64,000 bases of DNA from Mizuhopecten yessoensis. Lineage: Eukaryota. Of the stretch, positions 57,456-64,000 are shown one piece after another (position 1 is the first letter of the stretch; the number at the start of each line of letters is the position of its first letter). Both the position numbers and the translations under genes were made by a program. The DNA is taken from the NCBI RefSeq assembly GCF_002113885.1, contig NW_018404512.1:218553-282552 (forward strand), given 5' to 3'. Below the pieces are notes generated by a model, which made no database searches, was not told the DNA's origin, and was given only the letters and a program-made list of their open reading frames with translations.

Positions 57456-59147
57456 TGGGAAACTGGAAATACACATAGAATTGGTGCCTAAAATTGATTT
57501 TTTCTTTTTTTCTTACCGGGTATTTTTTTCTTTTTTTAGATAAATATGATCAATATACAGTTTAATAATTTCAGCAAACTAGATAATCTAGAGACACCAT
57601 GACTACAATTGAGGTGGGTTTTTCAATACTTTACAAACTTTAGATAATTTCTACATACTAGACAACCGAGACGCAGTTAGGTGGTGGGGAGCTTATTTAA
57701 AGTACACAGATGGGACTGTGAATATATGTGTGCAATAATTTAAAGTGATGAGAAACTGAAAGTAGGCAGGTATATCTATTAGAGGAATTTCCTGAACATA
57801 CATTTAACGTTAAACTAAATGAACATTGTACTTTCATGTTAAATTGAAATCCATTTCGTTGATCATGAAAACATGTCACCTGTTTTGAACCAGTCCTGCT
57901 TTCAATGACCAATAACACAGGTAGTAGTTATAATACAGCAACATGAGGAAGATTTTGAAATGTAATTCTGATGGTAAACTTGAGTAAGTAACCAATTAGA
58001 TTGATATTTAATTACTATTCAATATAACTGTCAGCTTATGTTAATGTGTTAAGATGGCTGATGAGCTATTTATGACTTCTATGGTACAATCTCTACTCTA
58101 ATGAGCTTTTCATATGTTTCTGAATTGATCTACCTGTGAATGTTTAAATGGGAGCTAACATTACACAAGATACAAGTATAGTGGCATTCTTGTGTGCTGA
58201 TTGGACTACCGTGTGGTATGTCGATATCTCCAGTGAAGAGGATTTTTTTTACTACAGGTATTTGAATTACAAAATAACAATTTGCTACAATTGTATAGGA
58301 GATAACGTGTGCACAGCAATGTGGAAGATTTTATATTACAGGCAGGGAACTAGATATAACCTCTCATGTACATTAGAAAGTGTTTGAAACTATATTTTTC
58401 TTGAGGTAATAATGGAAAGACACAGCTATCAAATCTAGGAGAATGTAGTATAAAAGAAATGTTTGGGAAAAAAATTGATAGAATCTATTGAAAAGCATGT
58501 AAGTTAACCAGACTTTTTGTTAACTGTAGTCATAACTGTCTATACATAGACTTCAGTGAACCGGAAATAGCACCCGGTGCAGAAATATACCTGGAATTCT
58601 TACACACGCATTAAATACACAACACAGCAGACAGTGCTAACATTGGTTAAATACAGCAGTATCAGACTTTTACACCTTCTCAAATAAAGTAGTATGCATA
58701 CCTGTATTAGACATTTACTCATTTAAGGATTGTACAAGGATGTAACGATGAATCTGATTGGTTGACATAAACTTTGTAAATTTGATAACACTGAATTGAT
58801 TTTCAAATCATTAACAATTATATAAATGCTGTCGATTCAAGAACCTGCATATATGGAGGTCTTTAAGATATTAGTATTAGGTGATCGTTTATTGATCTCT
58901 ATGATGTTTATTGATATTGATCTATTTTTAGAGATTTGCTCCTATACCATGGTTAAACACCATGCGTGACCCTAGCTGTATTCAGCTCCTAGATGAGAGG
59001 AACAAAGAGTAAAATCATTGAATATGGTACCTTTACATCACCTTAACTTAAAAACAGTGTCAATGGGTTAACAACATCTGTATTAGTTTTCACTTACGGG
59101 AGTTGTATGAAGATTCTAATTTATAGAAGTTGTGTGTAGATATCAAT

Positions 59148-59276
59148 TGTGACAGGAAAAAGAGAAATGCATGGCCAGACTGGGATTCAAACTTATGACC
59201 CTCCGAACTCTAGACAAATGCTCCCCCAATTGAGCTACCTGGTCAATGACAATAGACCAAGTCCAGTTCCTCTACA
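59148..59276 (-). mobile_element. Solo tRNA-containing LTR with 4-bp TSD (CAAT)
   Basis: TG...CA ends; caat at 59144-59147 and 59277-59280; internal A box gtagctcaattgg and B-box-like gtttgaatccc on the minus strand. Confidence 0.85.
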
Positions 59277-61234
59277 CAATTATAACTAATGGCAGTTGTT
59301 TGTAGATTTTAACTAGCAGGAGTTGAGTGTAGATTCTAACTAGCAGGAGTTGTTTGTTTATTCAAGTTAGAAGGAGTTGTTTGCAGATTCTAACTTTGTA
59401 GGAGTTGTCTGTAGGTTAAACTAGAAAGAGTCAATCAGAAGACGTAGTAAACACCAAGTCAGTCCTGGCCAGTAGAGTCAGGCTGGCCAGGAAACGCTAT
59501 GCTTCATTTTATACCCAGCAGTTTAATTACCTCCGGAGTATAAACATTCTAAGATAAAATAATCGTTATTGGTCATTAAACCATTGGAGGAAGTTTAGTC
59601 CAAAGGTCACTGATAGTTTTCACCTTCATAAAGATTTTAATCGCTACCTGTGGAATCGTAAACCTTCTTGTATCTGTCTACCTGTAAACTCGTTATCTTC
59701 AGGTGAAAACAACCTAGGATTGGGTCCGGGATGAGTACATAATAGAAATAAGCCTTCTCATTGATCGATAAGCCCCTTAAATCTGTGGATAAAGGGGCCA
59801 GGTATATTGATGAGTGTATGTGGTGGTCAGGGTCGATTACTGGTCAATACCTTATCTCTCTAGTAGCCAATATCAGTTATCTGTTCACCTTAAACGACCT
59901 TCATTGGAATGCATTCCTTATTATTGTACATTAAATTTCTACCCCCAGCTTTGTACTTATGAAATTCAAACTGAATCTCACTTGAAAATATTCACACAGT
60001 GCTTATGTAGCAAGTTGATCTGAGAATGGGGACCATCATTCTTTTTTGGGCCAGTGTTCCTCCTCTGTGTATGAGGTTAGGGTGTGGTGTGGGGTAATGT
60101 GTTCTTCCTACTGACTTACTTCAGGAAAGGGCAGTGTTTCTACTTTATAGGTGTTCCTCCTATGTCTGGGTACTAGGTGAGGGGAGCAGTGTTTTCCCAG
60201 TAAGGGATAGGTAGGATCTACTTTCTGTTCCACTGTTTCTGTACATGTGAAATAATGTCTGCAGAGACACACTTTGGAGTCTATTCTTTATCTGGGTCAC
60301 ACCTACCCAAATTTGCACTACATTATAATGGCAGTTCATTCATACATTATTGATAAACTGTCAGTGCCACACTGTACAGTTTACATTTAAACATCCAGGG
60401 CCCTTTTTTTCAAACCCTGATCAACTTAATGAGAAAATCAATATTATTGAGAATCATCTTAAAATGTTAAAATGTTTCTTTATCCTTTGCATTATGATGA
60501 TATAATTTGATCCCTACTCATTCAAACTTAGTAAGGAATTTTCATATATTTGAAAGTATGCTACATGAAATGTTATTGTTAATGATTGGTGAAGCTAACC
60601 AGGCTTTGTCTAGTTAGGCTTAGTGGGATGAGACTAGATTAATTCTTGTCACCTACTGAATGACTTTTATGAACATTGGAGATCCTGTATATGTGTGTTG
60701 TATCAGAAATTTGTGTAAGGTGTGATAAATGTATATTGTATAAATATCATATTCTTTTGAATGTTTATTTAAATCGATAAAGTGGACATGAATACCAGTT
60801 TGACATACATGTGAAAGATAATATAATTATGTATACAGCTTTAACAGTATATGGTTGATGGGAGTGTAAATACCTATAGTTTAGATCTTAGAATGGATAG
60901 AGTAACAGGATTGGTGCAGATCAATGAATTATTTCATCAAAAATAAAATATGTTTGTATGACATTTAAGCTGACTGTTTGTATAGAATGAACTACATTAT
61001 GTCTTGTACTACAGATTGAACTAAATGTTTCACTCCATTCATCAGTGAGTCCTTGTGTCCCTTTGTTAGGGGATACCTCGTATACTCTTTTGATTATATG
61101 TGAATACCTTATGATGCGGCGTAGAGTTGTATATGCTGAATACAGGTCTTGTGCCCCACTATACAGAGTTATGACCCTTTGTCACTTTTGGATACTAAGT
61201 TGGGACCTGTGATGGCACACTGACAGTGACATTT

Positions 61235-63100
61235 TGACAGGAATATTCCAGTACCCATAGTGGTGTACTTATAGGGATAATCTGGGTCCTGTAGTGAGTG
61301 GCATACTGACAGGAATATTCCAGTATCCATAGTGGTGTACTTATAGGGATAGTCTGGGTCCTGTAGTGGCATACTGACAGGAATGTTCCAGTACCCATAG
61401 GGGTGTACTTATAGGGATATACTGGGTCCTGTAGTGGCATACTGACAGGAACATTCCAGTACCCATAGTGGTATACTTTTAGGGATATTCTGGGTCCTGT
61501 AGTGGCATACTGACAGGAATATTCCAGTACCCATAGGGGTGTACTTATAGGGATATTCTGGGTCCTGTAGAGGCATACTGACAGGAATATTCAAGTACCC
61601 ATAGTGGTGTACTTATAGGGATATTCTGGGTCCTGTAGTGGCATACTGACAGGAATATTCAAGTACCCATAGTGGTGTACTCATAGGGATATACTGGGTC
61701 CTTAAGTGGCATACTGACAGGAATATTCCAGTACCCATAGTGGTGTACTTATAGGGTTATTCTGGGTCCTGTAGTGGCATACTGACAGGAATATTCCAGC
61801 ACCTATAGTGGTGTACTAAAGGGATATTCTGGGTCCTGTAGTGGCATACTGACAGGAATGTTCCAGTACCCATAGGGGTATACGTATAGGGGTATTCTGG
61901 GTCCTGTAGTGAGTGGCATACTGACAGGAATATTCCAGTACCCATAGTGGTGTACTTATAGGGATAATCTGGGTCCTGTAGTGACATACTGACAGGAATA
62001 TCCCAGCACCCATAGTGGTATACTTATAGGGATAATCTAGGTCCTGTAGTGACATACTGACAGGAATATTCCAGCACCTATAGTGGTGTACTTAAAGGGA
62101 TATTCTGGGTCCTGTAGTGGCATACTGACAGGAATATTCGAGTACCCATAGTGCAGGACTTATAGGGATATTCTGGGTCCTGTAGTGGCATACTTACAGG
62201 AATATTCCAGTACCCATAGTGCTGTACTTATAGGGATATTCTGGGTCCTGTAGTGTCATACTGACAGGAATATTCTAGTACCCATAGTGGAGTACTTATA
62301 GGGATATTCTGGGTCCTGTAGGGGCATACTGACAGGAATGTTCCAGTACCCATAGTGGTGTACTTATAGGGATATTCTGGGTCCTGTAGTGGCATACTGA
62401 CAGGAATATTCTAGTACCCATAGTGCAGTACTTACAGGGATATTCTGGGTTCTGTAGTGAGTGGCATACTGACAGGAATATTCCAGTTCTCATAGTGGTG
62501 TACTTATAGGGATATTCTGGGTCCTGTAGTGGCATACTTACAGGAATATTCTAGTACCCATAGTGCAGTACTTATAGGGATATTCTGGGTCCTGTAGTGA
62601 GTGGCATACTGACAGGAATATTCCAGTACTCATAGTGGTGTACTTATAGGGATATAATGGGTCCTGTAGTGGCATACTGACAGGAATGTTCCAGTACCCA
62701 TAGTGGTATACTTATAGGGATATTCTGGGTTCTGTAGTGAGTGGCATACTGACAGGAATATTCCAGTACCCATAGTGCAGTACTTATAGGGATATTCTGG
62801 GTCCTGTAGTGAGTGGCATACTGACAGGAATGTTCCAGTACCCATAGTGGTGTACTTATAGGGATATAATGGGTCCTGTAGTGGCATACTGACAGGAATG
62901 TTCCAGTACCCATAGTGGTGTACTTATAGGGATATACTGGGTCCTGTAGTGAGTGGCATACTGACAGGAATATTCCAGTACCCATAGTGGTATACTTATA
63001 GGGATATACTGGGTCTTGTAGTGGCATACTGACAGGAATATTCTGGACTAGAATTGGCACACTGAAACATTCTGGGTCCTATAGTGGCCTTCTGAGAGGA
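61235..63100. repeat. 68/72-bp minisatellite
   Basis: ctgacaggaat recurs every 68 bp (72 bp with a gtga insertion), about 26 copies. Confidence 0.95.
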
Positions 63101-63692
63101 ATACATTTTAGATCCTTCAAATATACATTACAAGGCGGGGTTCCACCGATCAACCCATCTATACAACAACAAGACATTGGCTCTACATTTTTTTATAAAT
63201 ATACATTGCATAACATGTTCTATTCTTGGAAACAAATGCTGAGCTAATGACAGGATGGAAAAAGAAAACATAAACAATTACCTAGTGTTTGAAATAGCAT
63301 TGAAGTGTTTTGTATTGGTGTGTATTGTAAGTGTACACAAGTGTGATGTACTAGATAAGATAGTACTCAAAGTGTTTATTTTGTAGCAGATAAGTTGTTT
63401 ACCAGCCTGGAAATCCTGGTGTGACAATCACAATGCATTTCACAATAAATTTTCTCTTCCCATCAAAGCTAACTCATATTTAATACAGGCATTGAACCAA
63501 GAAACAAATTGTCTCAATTAAGTTATACATACAAATGACAAGGTGTGTCAAGTGTCTCGAAGATTCAGTAAAGAAATGGGAGATTTTTTTAAAATTTAGA
63601 GATGAATGCTCACAGGTGTTGTGGGCGGGCGACCTGTTGTTATGAATGGAAATCACTTCTGTTGGAAGGGGGTGGAAGGATGTTCAGATACA

Positions 63693-64000
63693 TTATTAGC
63701 TCACCTGGCCCGAAGGGTCTCAAGTTCCATAAGGCCAAGGGTCATGATATTTGGTCAGTAGGTACCTGGGATGTAGTGCTATAAACTTTCATCATTAAAA
63801 TGACCTTGACCTATTTTCAAGTTCACAGGGGTCAAATATGTTAAAAATCTCAAACAACAATATCCTAAGAACCATTTGAACTAGAGTCATGGTACTTGGG
63901 TATGTTATATAGACCAGCAGTGCAAATCTTTTTCTCAATTACAGTCATGAGGTCAAATGTCAACTTTAAATGCTAGTCGGGGGTCAAATGTCAACTTTGG
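63693..64000 (-). mobile_element. HINE-like element fragment running off the window end
   Basis: ttattagctcacctggcccgaaggg terminal motif and tgaccttgacc / ggggtcaaa core motifs. Confidence 0.55.

Noticed and set aside
61169-63060. Multiple repetitive ORFs (PLQDPEYPYKYTTMGTG...)
   Set aside because: Products of the 68-bp minisatellite; the unit length is not a multiple of 3 and there is no splice support.

Overview
This is AT-rich, intron-rich animal genomic DNA; the repeat styles suggest a bivalve mollusc (inference), and no prokaryotic features or CRISPR arrays are present. It holds a complete 18-exon Hsp110/HSPA4-type chaperone gene (+, CDS 5656-24365, 850 aa by my exon sum) with a canonical heat-shock element, and a probable first exon of a divergent gene (-, 5074-5109). 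It also holds a complete SCOC gene (-, CDS 37187-33517, 119 aa) sharing a short bidirectional promoter with a gene whose first coding exon encodes an N-terminal WW domain (+, 45655-45752). The rest is intronic or intergenic DNA full of non-autonomous transposons and minisatellites, with two assembly gaps. Four observations stand out. (1) A box H/ACA snoRNA-like unit, predicted to guide the 5.8S rRNA psi69-equivalent site, is tandemly amplified five times in Hsp110 intron 4. (2) A family of miniature LTR elements has ~130-bp LTRs containing a tRNA-like Pol III cassette (Helenus-like), with LTR-PBS-internal-PPT-LTR architecture and a solo LTR with a 4-bp TSD. (3) Two 9-bp-TSD elements with CAATCT ends occur, one retaining a CxxC..CxxC zinc-finger gene remnant. 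(4) Tandem arrays are repeatedly seeded at exon 3' ends and multiply 5' splice-site-like motifs. All calls were made by eye and need database confirmation.
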